Source: a virus
Length of the DNA stretch: 64,000 bases
Direction: 5' to 3' (one strand)
Virus record (IMG/VR): IMGVR_UViG_3300008262_000014
Span: 1-64,000 of that record
The translations under genes were made by a program, and so were the position numbers. The first letter of the stretch is position 1. Each line of letters opens with the position of its first letter. The notes under the pieces are model-generated. The model was given only the letters and a program-made list of their open reading frames with translations. It did not search any database and was not told the origin of the DNA. Of this stretch, positions 8,240 to 17,908 are shown piece after piece.

Positions 8240-9649
8240 TTAATAATTATTTTTTTTTTCAATAAAATCATATTTTTCTTTCTTCCAAGTAATATTCGAC
8301 ATTTTTTTAAATCTACTTGTTAGTATTTCCACCGCACTATTAAAATTAGACGGGACCTCCGTATTGGCCTTACCATAAGATTGAATTAATAATCCTTTCT
8401 TATATTGTAAATTTATTCTTTTATTTCTATTTTTTAATGACACAAATAAATAAATAACTCCAGCCGAAAATTGTTTTGACATGCAATTTTTCATAACTTG
8501 CCCCTCAAATATAAAATCTTCTTCATTTAGTATTAATTTTGGTTTATATATTTCACCATCAATTAATATATCTTCTTCTATATGTTTTTTAAACGATTCA
8601 TCAATAACATATTTCAATCTATATCCCCTATTTAAATGTGTTTTATAACCATTCCACACCTCATATATACTATTTAATTCTTCAGTATTCCTTATCTTAA
8701 ATTTAAGATCAAAATTATATTTTTCTAAAAATTCTCTGATCGACAATAATCTGTTTAACGCATTAACTGCGGTCCCTTGAACAGAATCAACATCATTCCA
8801 TTTATTTAATAATTTAGTAAGATATATTTTTTCATTTTCATTTTTTAAAATATGTAATTTTTTATTTGTTACATCTCCATACGTTATCTTTTTCCATGGA
8901 AATTTTTTTAAATAATCAATATAATTTTCACCAAACAAATGACAGATATATTTCAATGATTTTAATTTTACACCCATTTCACTTGACTTATTTAGTTCTC
9001 CTATCAAGTATTTTGATTTTATCCCATATTCTTCAAGTATTGCGGGTAAAAATTTATGATCATTTTTAATAAGATATTTCTTTTTGGGGTAATCATTTTT
9101 TATGTCCTCGTAAATGTTATCATGTGATTTTATCCCTTTACAATCCAAATGAAAATCCACAATAAGTTCATAAAATTTATCATTTAAATTTAAACCCAAA
9201 TATTCTTTATTTTTATAATACTCATTTTTAATTTTTTTTGATATAACATCAAAAAAAATTTCATAAATTTTATTGATTGCCCTGTTATATTTAACCCCCC
9301 AATAGTTTACTTTTTTTTCACCTCTAAAATATCCGTTAATCAATAAATCGTCTAATGATTTAAAATTATTTTTATTATTTTTTAATGTATTTTTTAATAA
9401 AGGTCTGGAGATCCTACCTTCGTTATTTAATTTGTAATGAATAAAAAAATCGCCACTATTTAAGTCAATATCTAATGAGTGATCAAAAGTTAAAGTTCTT
9501 TTTGTACCATGTTTCAAATATTCGGAATAAAAAGTAGATTGATACCTTATAACTTCAGAATTTTCTGCACTAAATAACTTTAAGTTACAAGAAGAATATA
9601 AATCAGATCTATCTCTCTTTTCTTGATTATATGAAAATAATAATTCCAT
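8240..9649 (-). CDS. PcfJ-like domain protein
   Basis: C-terminal EGQVMKNCM...QSYGKAN resembles PcfJ EG..MHHCV...Q..G..N. Confidence 0.7.
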   Translation of the reverse strand: MELLFSYNQEKRDRSDLYSSCNLKLFSAENSEVIRYQSTFYSEYLKHGTKRTLTFDHSLDIDLNSGDFFIHYKLNNEGRISRPLLKNTLKNNKNNFKSLDDLLINGYFRGEKKVNYWGVKYNRAINKIYEIFFDVISKKIKNEYYKNKEYLGLNLNDKFYELIVDFHLDCKGIKSHDNIYEDIKNDYPKKKYLIKNDHKFLPAILEEYGIKSKYLIGELNKSSEMGVKLKSLKYICHLFGENYIDYLKKFPWKKITYGDVTNKKLHILKNENEKIYLTKLLNKWNDVDSVQGTAVNALNRLLSIREFLEKYNFDLKFKIRNTEELNSIYEVWNGYKTHLNRGYRLKYVIDESFKKHIEEDILIDGEIYKPKLILNEEDFIFEGQVMKNCMSKQFSAGVIYLFVSLKNRNKRINLQYKKGLLIQSYGKANTEVPSNFNSAVEILTSRFKKMSNITWKKEKYDFIEKKNNY

Positions 9650-9686
9650 CTATATAAAATAAATGGAATTATTGAAAATTTGTAGT

Positions 9687-11627
9687 TTAAAATAAATCTA
9701 GGTTTTGGACATTATTTATCAGATCTAATAGTCGTTGTGCTTCGGTTTTTTCAGGTTCCAAAATTTTACCATTCTTTAAAATTAATGGTGTTTTAATTTT
9801 CTCTTTAGATTTTATAGGATATTTGTAATTTTTTATTTTTTCTTTGATTGTCAATAATGCTGAATTAAAATGATCAGGTGGGGTGGCGTTACAAAAATGT
9901 CTAGCTTGTACACAATTTTTATCAAATGTGCTGAACTCACAAGTAATTCTTTCTTTACCAATTCTATCATTCATTCTTAAAGAAACAATTAAAGAATTTT
10001 CATTTTCAGCGTATCCACCAACACAATGATGCATATGTGCACCTTCATCGGTATAATCACAATCCCTTTTTAATATCACTGGATGGAATATCCCATTACC
10101 ATTTATAATCGGTTCTTCAATATATTCAATCATTCTTTCATCAAAAACAAATTCAACATTATAACCTCTACCGATAATTCTTTCCAATCTAGCAAATTGT
10201 AAATGTTCTTCGTGAAAAGACATTTGAGTGGTTGCATTAATTTTAGTGTCGGGAAAATATATCCTCACCTTATCTAACATTCTTATGTGGTCTCTTATTT
10301 CTCTAAAAAGATCATCAATCATTTTTAGAAGATTCTGATTAGTTTTCTTTACATCAAGTGTGGATGTTGATAAACTATCATTTAAAAATTTAAATAAATT
10401 TGATTTTTCGGTATCTGTTAAAATTACGGAATTTTGATTATTAACAAAGGGATTCCTATCAGGATAGAACATCACATTATTGTAATCTATTGTAAGTTTA
10501 TCACTTGTTAATACTCCAAATAAGTTAGGGTTTATATTTCCAATGTATTTGTGAAAATCTTTTTCACCGAAAATGTATTTTAAATCATTAAAATAATTTA
10601 ATGGGAATTTTGGGTTTTCATGTAAAATTTTAATCGTTTTTTTGGACTTAACACCGAATCTATCAAGTATAGAAGCAATTAACTTATTATCATTTTTCTT
10701 AAGATATTCTTTGGTCGGGTACCAATGAAAAATTAATCCTTCATAATTGTTGTTTGGTACTTTTATTTTTTTCAAGTGTACAAATAGACGGATCAATGTT
10801 TCCATAAACCATTCTTTGTTGTCTTTTATACCTTGTTCGGGACAACTAAAACCTTCTACACCTGAAAACACATTCATCAATTCTTTTATAAACCCATGAT
10901 CATTTATTACTTCCAAACATTCCTTTTTTAAATTTAGAGTACCTTTTCTATCACCATAAAATTTTCTACCGACCCTATCCCCGAAATTCAAAATTTCAGA
11001 AGACAATATACTATTGTGTATTTCTTTAAAACAATTTCTTCTAATTTTATTCGCCCCCGATTTAGTTGTGTGGTATGATGTTATATTTCCTGTTTTTAAA
11101 TCAATGGTCAATCCATATCTAAACCAATTTTTTTTGAAATACTTTGAATTAACAAATCTTGATTTTGTAAATATTGATGTCTTTATCGTTATTTTATTAT
11201 CTTTAATATAGATTGTTCTTTCAAAGACATTGGTTCCAATTGACGAAAGGGGTCTACCATAGTGGTTTTTTATGTGTCTATCTTTTGTGGTAAAAAAAGT
11301 GTTATCTTTTTTGAAGAATGGTTGAATATGAACAATCACCCCAACACCATTTTCACCAGAATAAAAATATTTTGTTTTATTATTTTTTCTTATTGAATCG
11401 TTCTCATCCAATCTTAGGGTGTAAAAACCTTTATTGTTATAAATAGATCTTTGAACCTCATTGGGTATTGTGGACATTACTTTATGGAATTCATCCTCAT
11501 CTGGTGATTCACCGATCTCATTTATATCAAAACTAAAAGAATTACGTGGTTTATTCAATTTTGAGTAATTTCTAAATGGTTGGATTTCCGAAAATTCAAA
11601 TCTTTGGTGTAGTATCTGTTTTTCCAT
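9687..11627 (-). CDS. PcfJ-like domain protein
   Basis: C-terminal EGAHMHHCVGGY...IVSLR...TCEF...QARHFCN. Confidence 0.8.
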   Translation of the reverse strand: MEKQILHQRFEFSEIQPFRNYSKLNKPRNSFSFDINEIGESPDEDEFHKVMSTIPNEVQRSIYNNKGFYTLRLDENDSIRKNNKTKYFYSGENGVGVIVHIQPFFKKDNTFFTTKDRHIKNHYGRPLSSIGTNVFERTIYIKDNKITIKTSIFTKSRFVNSKYFKKNWFRYGLTIDLKTGNITSYHTTKSGANKIRRNCFKEIHNSILSSEILNFGDRVGRKFYGDRKGTLNLKKECLEVINDHGFIKELMNVFSGVEGFSCPEQGIKDNKEWFMETLIRLFVHLKKIKVPNNNYEGLIFHWYPTKEYLKKNDNKLIASILDRFGVKSKKTIKILHENPKFPLNYFNDLKYIFGEKDFHKYIGNINPNLFGVLTSDKLTIDYNNVMFYPDRNPFVNNQNSVILTDTEKSNLFKFLNDSLSTSTLDVKKTNQNLLKMIDDLFREIRDHIRMLDKVRIYFPDTKINATTQMSFHEEHLQFARLERIIGRGYNVEFVFDERMIEYIEEPIINGNGIFHPVILKRDCDYTDEGAHMHHCVGGYAENENSLIVSLRMNDRIGKERITCEFSTFDKNCVQARHFCNATPPDHFNSALLTIKEKIKNYKYPIKSKEKIKTPLILKNGKILEPEKTEAQRLLDLINNVQNLDLF

Positions 11628-11692
11628 TAAAAATAATTTTCAACAAAAATAATAAAAAATTATAAAATACCGCGTATTTATAAAAAAAAATT

Positions 11693-11821
11693 ATGGCAAA
11701 AGGAAAAGGTTCGTCAGATAGTAGAAAAATATCATTTGGTAAGAGAAAAAAGGGTAAATCTCAAAAATCTCATAACAAACATGATAGAAAGGCTAGAAAA
11801 TATGTTGGTCAAGGAAGATAA
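11693..11821 (+). CDS. Small highly basic protein (42 aa; not in ORF track)
   Basis: MAKGKGSSDSRKISFGKRKKGKSQKSHNKHDRKARKYVGQGR; TATTTATA at 11675-11682; fills the gap between minus-strand genes. Confidence 0.75.
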   Translation: MAKGKGSSDSRKISFGKRKKGKSQKSHNKHDRKARKYVGQGR

Positions 11822-11826
11822 AAATT

Positions 11827-12549
11827 TTATAAATTTATACTGTGGTCCAATATTTTTTTGATCTCAACTAAACTTTTATAATTTAAGACATTTTCGGACA
11901 TAGAATCGATACTTTCTTTTATTGTAACTATTTGATTCGTTGATAATAGTGTTAATTTAACCATATTTAATTTGACAAGAAAAAGTACTGTTTGATTATC
12001 TAGTCCGATAGTTGTTTGTGTTTCTGTCCTGAAATATAAATCCTCAATTGAATTAGGTTTAGGTCTATCGTATATTGGTAATTGACTCAACTTATTTAAT
12101 GTTGTTAATGTCCAAACATATCTCCTAAAGACCGAATCTTTTTTAGATATCACTTTTACTAAATTATCATTCGATTTTAGTAATTTTTCATTATCAGCAA
12201 CAGGACTATGTATATTGAATAATGGTAAATTTAATTTATCTGTTGGGTTAAATCCACTTGGAAAACAAAAACAAATACTCTTTAATATTCCATTTTCCAA
12301 AACTGCAATATCTTCTTCTATTTCTAAAGAAATATCTTTTATGGTATAACTTTCGGGGAGGTTACAGAACTTATTAATTAATGGGTTATATTCAATTCCT
12401 CCACATAATAAATTTCCATGTTTATCTAACTCATTTTTTTTAAGTTCAGAATAATTTGAACCAAAAGTTGGTGGTAATTCACCATCATATTTTGTAATAT
12501 CAGAAGATATTGTGTATGGAACTTTAACTGAAAATATGATATTATTCAT
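11827..12549 (-). CDS. Heme-dependent oxidative N-demethylase alpha-subunit-like (DUF3445/HDOD)
   Basis: EDIAVL...CFCFPSGFNPTDKL...IHSPV...RYVWT...FRTETQT; likely start 12549 rather than 12621. Confidence 0.75.
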   Translation of the reverse strand: MNNIIFSVKVPYTISSDITKYDGELPPTFGSNYSELKKNELDKHGNLLCGGIEYNPLINKFCNLPESYTIKDISLEIEEDIAVLENGILKSICFCFPSGFNPTDKLNLPLFNIHSPVADNEKLLKSNDNLVKVISKKDSVFRRYVWTLTTLNKLSQLPIYDRPKPNSIEDLYFRTETQTTIGLDNQTVLFLVKLNMVKLTLLSTNQIVTIKESIDSMSENVLNYKSLVEIKKILDHSINL

Positions 12550-12554
12550 ATATT

Positions 12555-12953
12555 TTATTTTACTTTTATCCATTTTTGATTCGAATCTAATTGAAATGAT
12601 CCGATGTGTTTTTGATTCCAACTAGTGGGTTCAATTAGTGATAAAAACATTGTGTCGTTATTCCTAATGTATAAGTGATATATGTCACCAACCACCGGTA
12701 TAAAATTGTATTCTGATTTATAAACTATCTCATTCCAGTTCACCTCATCGACAAGTTTTTCAAATTCGTTTTTTAATTCATCATATCTTTTTGAAAAATG
12801 TTTGTTGAGTGTATTGGCTTGATTTTTTTTCCATCCACCAACATCATCTAATTTAATTGCAGGTGCACCGATATTACTACCATAAGTTAATTCATTGGCA
12901 TAGTAACCACGTTCTTCATCCCAAACAACCAAATCAGGTTTCTTTTTTTCCAT
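12555..12953 (-). CDS. DUF2452-like protein
   Basis: YNFIPVVGDIYHLY...FLSLIEPTSW pattern. Confidence 0.7.
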   Translation of the reverse strand: MEKKKPDLVVWDEERGYYANELTYGSNIGAPAIKLDDVGGWKKNQANTLNKHFSKRYDELKNEFEKLVDEVNWNEIVYKSEYNFIPVVGDIYHLYIRNNDTMFLSLIEPTSWNQKHIGSFQLDSNQKWIKVK

Positions 12954-13156
12954 TACATTTCAAATTTAAATTCAGAAGATTTTTTAATTAACTTCATAAT
13001 CTCTTCAAATGTTTCTGATGGTCTAATCATCTTACCATCAAAAGTATAAACAGTTACAGAATCGGTTTGTTTATCTTTTTTAATAATACTAATCATCAAT
13101 GGATTAATATGATATTCTTCTGTTCTTGTGTTTAGTTTTATAAAATTTTGTGACAT
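12953..13156 (-). CDS. FlbD-like small protein
   Basis: FIKLN...INPLMISII...TVYTFDGK...ETFEEI matches the FlbD pattern. Confidence 0.55.
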   Translation of the reverse strand: MSQNFIKLNTRTEEYHINPLMISIIKKDKQTDSVTVYTFDGKMIRPSETFEEIMKLIKKSSEFKFEM

Positions 13157-13164
13157 ATATTTTA

Positions 13165-13365
13165 TTATTTTTCTTCGTAAGGTAAATCGTCCAAACCATC
13201 GATTAACGTATTATCCCAATCTTTTAAATCCTCTTCATCGAGAGATGATCTAACAAAACTTTCAAGCATCGGATGAAATACTTTTTCTTTCCATTCATCA
13301 AATGTATATGTTGATTCGGGGTGATCTTTTAAATAATATTTGTATTGTTGTTCTAGTGTTGACAT
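13165..13365 (-). CDS. Hypothetical acidic protein
   Basis: 66-aa ORF in operon. Confidence 0.65.
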   Translation of the reverse strand: MSTLEQQYKYYLKDHPESTYTFDEWKEKVFHPMLESFVRSSLDEEDLKDWDNTLIDGLDDLPYEEK

Positions 13366-13369
13366 AAAA

Positions 13370-13762
13370 TCATTTTAAAAAATATCTTAAGTTTATTCCT
13401 TCCGAAAACCATACTATTGAGATCATTGTTTGTCCATCGTTATCATCCACAATATGTATTTCACATTTTGATTCTGTAACAAATTCATATGCTTTGTAAG
13501 AAAAACCTTTGAAACTCTGACCTGATATATCTTCTGAAGTTTCTTCTAATAAGAAATATGCATTATCTTTTGCTTGAATATGTATAAATCTTGTAAAAAT
13601 ATAAATAGGAATCTCAGTATTTTTGTTAGAAGAACTAAACTCCCATTTTTCTTTATATTTATTCCACTTGTAGATCTCAGTATTTTTTGCTATTACCGTT
13701 CTTTGTGAAAACGAAGCGATTGCGATTAGTAAGCCGACGATTAGTGTTGTGATTTTTTTCAT
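13370..13762 (-). CDS. Secreted hypothetical protein
   Basis: Signal peptide MKKITTLIVGLLIAIASFSQ, Bacteroidota-style Q after the cleavage site. Confidence 0.75.
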   Translation of the reverse strand: MKKITTLIVGLLIAIASFSQRTVIAKNTEIYKWNKYKEKWEFSSSNKNTEIPIYIFTRFIHIQAKDNAYFLLEETSEDISGQSFKGFSYKAYEFVTESKCEIHIVDDNDGQTMISIVWFSEGINLRYFLK

Positions 13763-13764
13763 TT

Positions 13765-14013
13765 TTAATTTTTATTTTTATTTGTTTCAATTATATAATC
13801 ACCAACGATATGGATATTCTTTCCTGTATGATCAATAAAATTGATACCTCCATTTGTTGTATCTATTTTATCGGTTGCATACTTTGAATTACCTTGTCTG
13901 ATGATAATGTTGTATTTTCTCATTTTCCTTTCATCTTTTACATTCAAAATAATTAATAGAGTTAAACAGGAAACTAAGATTAAAAGGAGTATAAATTTTT
14001 GTATGTTTGACAT
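13765..14013 (-). CDS. Membrane-anchored hypothetical protein
   Basis: N-terminal TM helix. Confidence 0.65.
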   Translation of the reverse strand: MSNIQKFILLLILVSCLTLLIILNVKDERKMRKYNIIIRQGNSKYATDKIDTTNGGINFIDHTGKNIHIVGDYIIETNKNKN

Positions 14014-14030
14014 ATTTTTTGAAATTTATT

Positions 14031-14276
14031 TTAAACTTGTTTATAAAGTTGATAAATGAGTCCATCCTTACAGACAAACGAATTTAATGTAAGTGAAACA
14101 GGATCATCTTTTTTTATTTCCTGCGGTTGTTTACCATATATATTGGCATAATTAACATTAAAACCCCAAACAATGGTATCACCAACTTTTAATTCACTAC
14201 CACCACCATAGTGTTTCTTTTCTGTCTTTGACAAAAATTCTTCTGTGACTTCGGTAAAAATTGTTTCTTTATTCAT
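14031..14276 (-). CDS. Hypothetical protein
   Basis: 81-aa ORF in operon. Confidence 0.65.
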   Translation of the reverse strand: MNKETIFTEVTEEFLSKTEKKHYGGGSELKVGDTIVWGFNVNYANIYGKQPQEIKKDDPVSLTLNSFVCKDGLIYQLYKQV

Positions 14277-14279
14277 AAC

Positions 14280-15431
14280 TCAATTACTTAATGGGGCTTT
14301 AATTGCTGAGTGTGATTGATAGTTTTCAATTGTAAAATCAGTTGTATCTAAATGATTAAACAAACTAACATCAAATCCTTTCCAAAATTCATCTGTTTTA
14401 TTTATTACTAAATTAGGTAAATCATATGCACTTCTTGTTAATTGTTCTTTTGCCTGTTCAATATGATTACTATATAAATGTACATCACCTAAATTACCAA
14501 TCAAGTCTTCAGGAACCATATTAACTGCTTTAGCTATGATTTCAAGTAACAAACCATAAGATGCTATATTGAACGGCAAACCGAGGAATGTATCTACGCT
14601 GCGTTGATTCCACATTAAAGAGATTGCTCTACGAGGGACATTGGATTCGTCACATACTTTATGAACTTCATCATCTAAATCCATAGTAACATTACTTTTT
14701 ATAAAATCAAACAATTCATTTGAATCCAATAAATTAATTTGTTTAGTGTTTTTATAAGTAATTCTTTCACTGGCGGTCAACTCTCTTGTATAAACTTGCC
14801 AACTATAATGACAAGGTGGAAGTACCATTTGGTCTAAATCACCTACATTCCAAGCATTAACCATCAAACGTCTGCTATCAGGATTTGTTTTGAGTTCGTT
14901 GATTAAACACGATATTTGGTCAATAACTGTTTGGTCGGCTTCATCATAAATGTTTTCATATGAACCGTCAGTTGAAAAGTACATTTTCTTTTTAGTCCAT
15001 TTTCTCCATTGCTTACCATAAATCGGTCCTAATTCACTTAAATCGGCATCTACATTTCCTAATTTTATTTGCTCTACGTATTGCTCCTTTGTCCATGGGT
15101 CTCTAACTATTCCTTGTTCTTTGAAGAATTTAGATTGTTCATCAAACCACTTCAAATAATTTTTATAAGCATCACCATCCCATATATGACATCCATTATC
15201 AACAAGGTATTTGATATTAGTATCACCACGTAAGAACCATAGTAGTTCTGTTACGATTGACTTCCAAGCCATCTTCTTTGTTGTTAATAGTGGAAATCCT
15301 TCTTCCATTCGATGTCTGATTTGCCAACCGAATAATGATTTAGTTCCGGTTCCTGTTCTATCTTTCTTTTCAACTCCGAAATGAAGTATATGTTCAAGTA
15401 GTTCTTTGTATTGGCGGTCTATATTGTTCAT
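14280..15431 (-). CDS. thyA: Thymidylate synthase
   Basis: DRTGTGT, FPLLTTKK, ELLWFLRG, LGPIYGKQWR, LPPCH, QRSVDTFLGLPFNIASY, GDVHLYSNH. Confidence 0.98.
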   Translation of the reverse strand: MNNIDRQYKELLEHILHFGVEKKDRTGTGTKSLFGWQIRHRMEEGFPLLTTKKMAWKSIVTELLWFLRGDTNIKYLVDNGCHIWDGDAYKNYLKWFDEQSKFFKEQGIVRDPWTKEQYVEQIKLGNVDADLSELGPIYGKQWRKWTKKKMYFSTDGSYENIYDEADQTVIDQISCLINELKTNPDSRRLMVNAWNVGDLDQMVLPPCHYSWQVYTRELTASERITYKNTKQINLLDSNELFDFIKSNVTMDLDDEVHKVCDESNVPRRAISLMWNQRSVDTFLGLPFNIASYGLLLEIIAKAVNMVPEDLIGNLGDVHLYSNHIEQAKEQLTRSAYDLPNLVINKTDEFWKGFDVSLFNHLDTTDFTIENYQSHSAIKAPLSN

Positions 15432-15904
15432 TTTTTATCTCTTAATTTTTTGAAGACATATTGGTAAGAGTCGTAAAATCTTTTACCATATTCTTTCTTA
15501 TAATCAGTCTCACCGTTGACCTTATTTAATAGTTCATTAAACTTCATAAAATTATCGACTTCTCCATTTTCTTCAACAAATTTATCATAAACCGCATCCA
15601 TTCTAAGATACATATTTTTTTCTACCTCGTTTTCAAGTTCCCACTCTTGATCAGAAAATTCATCACTATCAAGATATTCAAGGATGTCATCATCCTCAAT
15701 TTCATTCCATCCACCGCCGCCTTCAATCCACATCAATCTTTCGTAGTGTTTAGGACTCTCAGATATTTGAATGGAAATTTCTTTTCCATCATCATCAATA
15801 ATGTCAAATTGTTTGTTTTCAGACCAATAGGAAATTTCAGGTAATTCTTTTAATTTGTAACCCATAGTTTTAATTTTAATAAGATTGTTGTATTTGAAAT
15901 CCAA
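15428..15904 (-). CDS. Acidic hypothetical protein
   Basis: 158-aa ORF; start may be the downstream MGYKLK. Confidence 0.7.
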   Translation of the reverse strand: MDFKYNNLIKIKTMGYKLKELPEISYWSENKQFDIIDDDGKEISIQISESPKHYERLMWIEGGGGWNEIEDDDILEYLDSDEFSDQEWELENEVEKNMYLRMDAVYDKFVEENGEVDNFMKFNELLNKVNGETDYKKEYGKRFYDSYQYVFKKLRDKK

Positions 15905-16082
15905 TCATATATGTTAACCACCTAATTGTGATACCCCAAGATGGTGTGTAAACCCCAGTTTCTAAAAATGTATTTTTATTATAAAAAAAAATTATTGTTG
16001 GTACTATAAACCAATGATGATTTTTTTTATATACAAAAAAATCTTTTATATATTGGTTTTTAATTTTCACTTTTTGGTTCAT
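15876..16082 (-). CDS. Hypothetical protein
   Basis: 68-aa ORF in operon. Confidence 0.6.
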   Translation of the reverse strand: MNQKVKIKNQYIKDFFVYKKNHHWFIVPTIIFFYNKNTFLETGVYTPSWGITIRWLTYMIGFQIQQSY

Positions 16083-16269
16083 ACTTTATTTTTTTCAAAC
16101 ATTCATAAATTATATGTGATTCCTCAAAAGAAAAAAGACCATTTTTTTGTGAAAAAAGTAATGCCATCTCAATAATTTTTAATGATCCATTAGTGTCAAT
16201 TGAGTTCATAAAACTTTCTATTTGTTCTTTATCATTAAACTGTATTAGACCTCCAAATATCGATTCCAT
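16060..16269 (-). CDS. Hypothetical protein
   Basis: 69-aa ORF, first gene of the operon. Confidence 0.65.
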   Translation of the reverse strand: MESIFGGLIQFNDKEQIESFMNSIDTNGSLKIIEMALLFSQKNGLFSFEESHIIYECLKKIKYEPKSEN

Positions 16270-16328
16270 AATTTTAAATTTAAATCAAAATACAAAAAAT
16301 ATTTCAAAAAACAAAATAATTATATTAT

Positions 16329-16688
16329 ATGTCAGTAAGAATTAATGGTAAAATTTATCCAGCAGAATATATGGAAACACCTGAACAAATATCAAAAGGT
16401 ATGATGGGTCGTGAAAAATTAGACGGTTGTATGGTTTTTAAGATGGACAAGGGGTACCATAGTTTTTGGATGAAAAATTGTATAATACCTTTAGACATAG
16501 TATTTGTAATGAACAACAGAATAAGTAAAATACATCAAAATTGTGAACCTTGTGATGATAACTGTAAAGAAAGATATTCGGGACTTGGTGACCATGTAAT
16601 TGAGTTTCCGGCGGGGAATTCTCAAAATTTCAAAATAGGTGATCGAGTTTCAATGTACCTTGGTACACCTAAAAATCCTGTAAAGTAA
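16329..16688 (+). CDS. DUF192 family protein
   Basis: GMMGR...MVF...FWMKNCIIPLDIVF...VIEFPAG...GDRV. Confidence 0.9.
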   Translation: MSVRINGKIYPAEYMETPEQISKGMMGREKLDGCMVFKMDKGYHSFWMKNCIIPLDIVFVMNNRISKIHQNCEPCDDNCKERYSGLGDHVIEFPAGNSQNFKIGDRVSMYLGTPKNPVK

Positions 16689-16693
16689 TATTC

Positions 16694-17347
16694 TCACCAT
16701 TTGTAAGATACTTTTGGTTTTATTTTTTGTAATATAATAAAATAACTATGATATTTTCTAGCGTGATATTGCTTTGTCCATTTAGTACCATTGAAAGCAT
16801 TGACCCTAACATTAGATGTTAGAATAAACAGATCCCTTGGATAAAATCCAATCTCCTGAGCCATATTCATAACCATAACATGACTAAAATATTGTTTACC
16901 TCCCGATACTGTATCTTGACATTTCATTACCACGTATCCTTCATTTTTTGTGAGTCTATATAATTCTTTTAAGGTATTAAAATAATTTTTAGTCAAATCT
17001 TCATATGTACCATACCCCTCAAATCTTTTTGCGATGATTGAACTACCAGTTTTATTATTTTTATGTCCCATTCCACTACCGACAATTACAAAAGGGGGGT
17101 CGTACATTATACTAGACATTGATCCGTCATCAAATGGAAGATTTTCAGAATTTGCCTCAATTACAGTATCATTTATTGGATATAAATCAGTTTTAAATTT
17201 AGGTTGTGGTAAATCTTTCCAAAAATTTCCTTTTGAATATGTACAATCTAAATCAAATTGATCTATTTCATATAAATGCATCACGTTTTTTATTACTTCA
17301 AAATTTGATCCATATACACTTTTAACAAGTTTAAATTCTTTTTCCAT
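16694..17347 (-). CDS. Putative N6-adenine/N4-cytosine methyltransferase
   Basis: LDCTYSKGNFWK SAM-binding-like motif and YDPPF catalytic motif. Confidence 0.75.
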   Translation of the reverse strand: MEKEFKLVKSVYGSNFEVIKNVMHLYEIDQFDLDCTYSKGNFWKDLPQPKFKTDLYPINDTVIEANSENLPFDDGSMSSIMYDPPFVIVGSGMGHKNNKTGSSIIAKRFEGYGTYEDLTKNYFNTLKELYRLTKNEGYVVMKCQDTVSGGKQYFSHVMVMNMAQEIGFYPRDLFILTSNVRVNAFNGTKWTKQYHARKYHSYFIILQKIKPKVSYKW

Positions 17348-17432
17348 TTACTTTTTTATTTTTTTTATATATTGTTACAATATAATCATTTAAAAACAAT
17401 AAACCAAATATTTATAAAAAAACATTACAACT

Positions 17433-17609
17433 ATGGGATGCGGATGTAAAAAAAACAGAACTACACAACCAGTTCAACAACCTCAAGTACAAGTTCAAGT
17501 ACAAGAATCTACAACTAATCAACCAAATCAATCTGGTGTTCAATTAACAGAAGAACAGCAAAAACAAGTTGATTTAATCATGGATAAATTAAAACAATTA
17601 AATCCATAA
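17433..17609 (+). CDS. Small Gln-rich protein with N-terminal MGCGCKK (58 aa; not in ORF track)
   Basis: TATTTATA at 17409-17416, clean ORF, terminator immediately after the stop. Confidence 0.8.
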   Translation: MGCGCKKNRTTQPVQQPQVQVQVQESTTNQPNQSGVQLTEEQQKQVDLIMDKLKQLNP

Positions 17610-17643
17610 TCGGACACATCAATAATGTGTCCGATACTTTTTT
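17609..17643 (+). terminator. Intrinsic terminator
   Basis: ATCGGACACAT/ATGTGTCCGAT 11-bp stem, 5-nt loop, then T-run. Confidence 0.85.
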
Positions 17644-17670
17644 AAATAAATAGTATATAAATATATAAAT

Positions 17671-17868
17671 ATGATAGAGAAAGTTAAATTAACCAGTGTC
17701 AATATCATTGATGAGGTGTATAAAAAATTTAAAACGGTAACAGTTAATGATGAAATTAACTTACAAAAGTTGGTTAATAGATCATTGGACCTTTATAATA
17801 ATGACGATCAATTCAGAGAAAAAATAAATAATTACACAAATTTAAAAAATAGAAGTTCAAAATTTTAG
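17671..17868 (+). CDS. Small protein, possible ribbon-helix-helix DNA-binding protein
   Basis: KLTSVNI beta-strand followed by two helices (DEVYKKFK; LQKLVNRSLDLY). Confidence 0.55.
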   Translation: MIEKVKLTSVNIIDEVYKKFKTVTVNDEINLQKLVNRSLDLYNNDDQFREKINNYTNLKNRSSKF

Positions 17869-17908
17869 ATTTAATTTTTTTTTTCTTATTTTTAATAAAA
17901 AAATAAAA

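Noticed and set aside
14280-15431. Intron or intein in the long thyA
   Set aside because: Single uninterrupted frame; extra length is in short variable loops, with no intein C/S...HN ends or endonuclease motif
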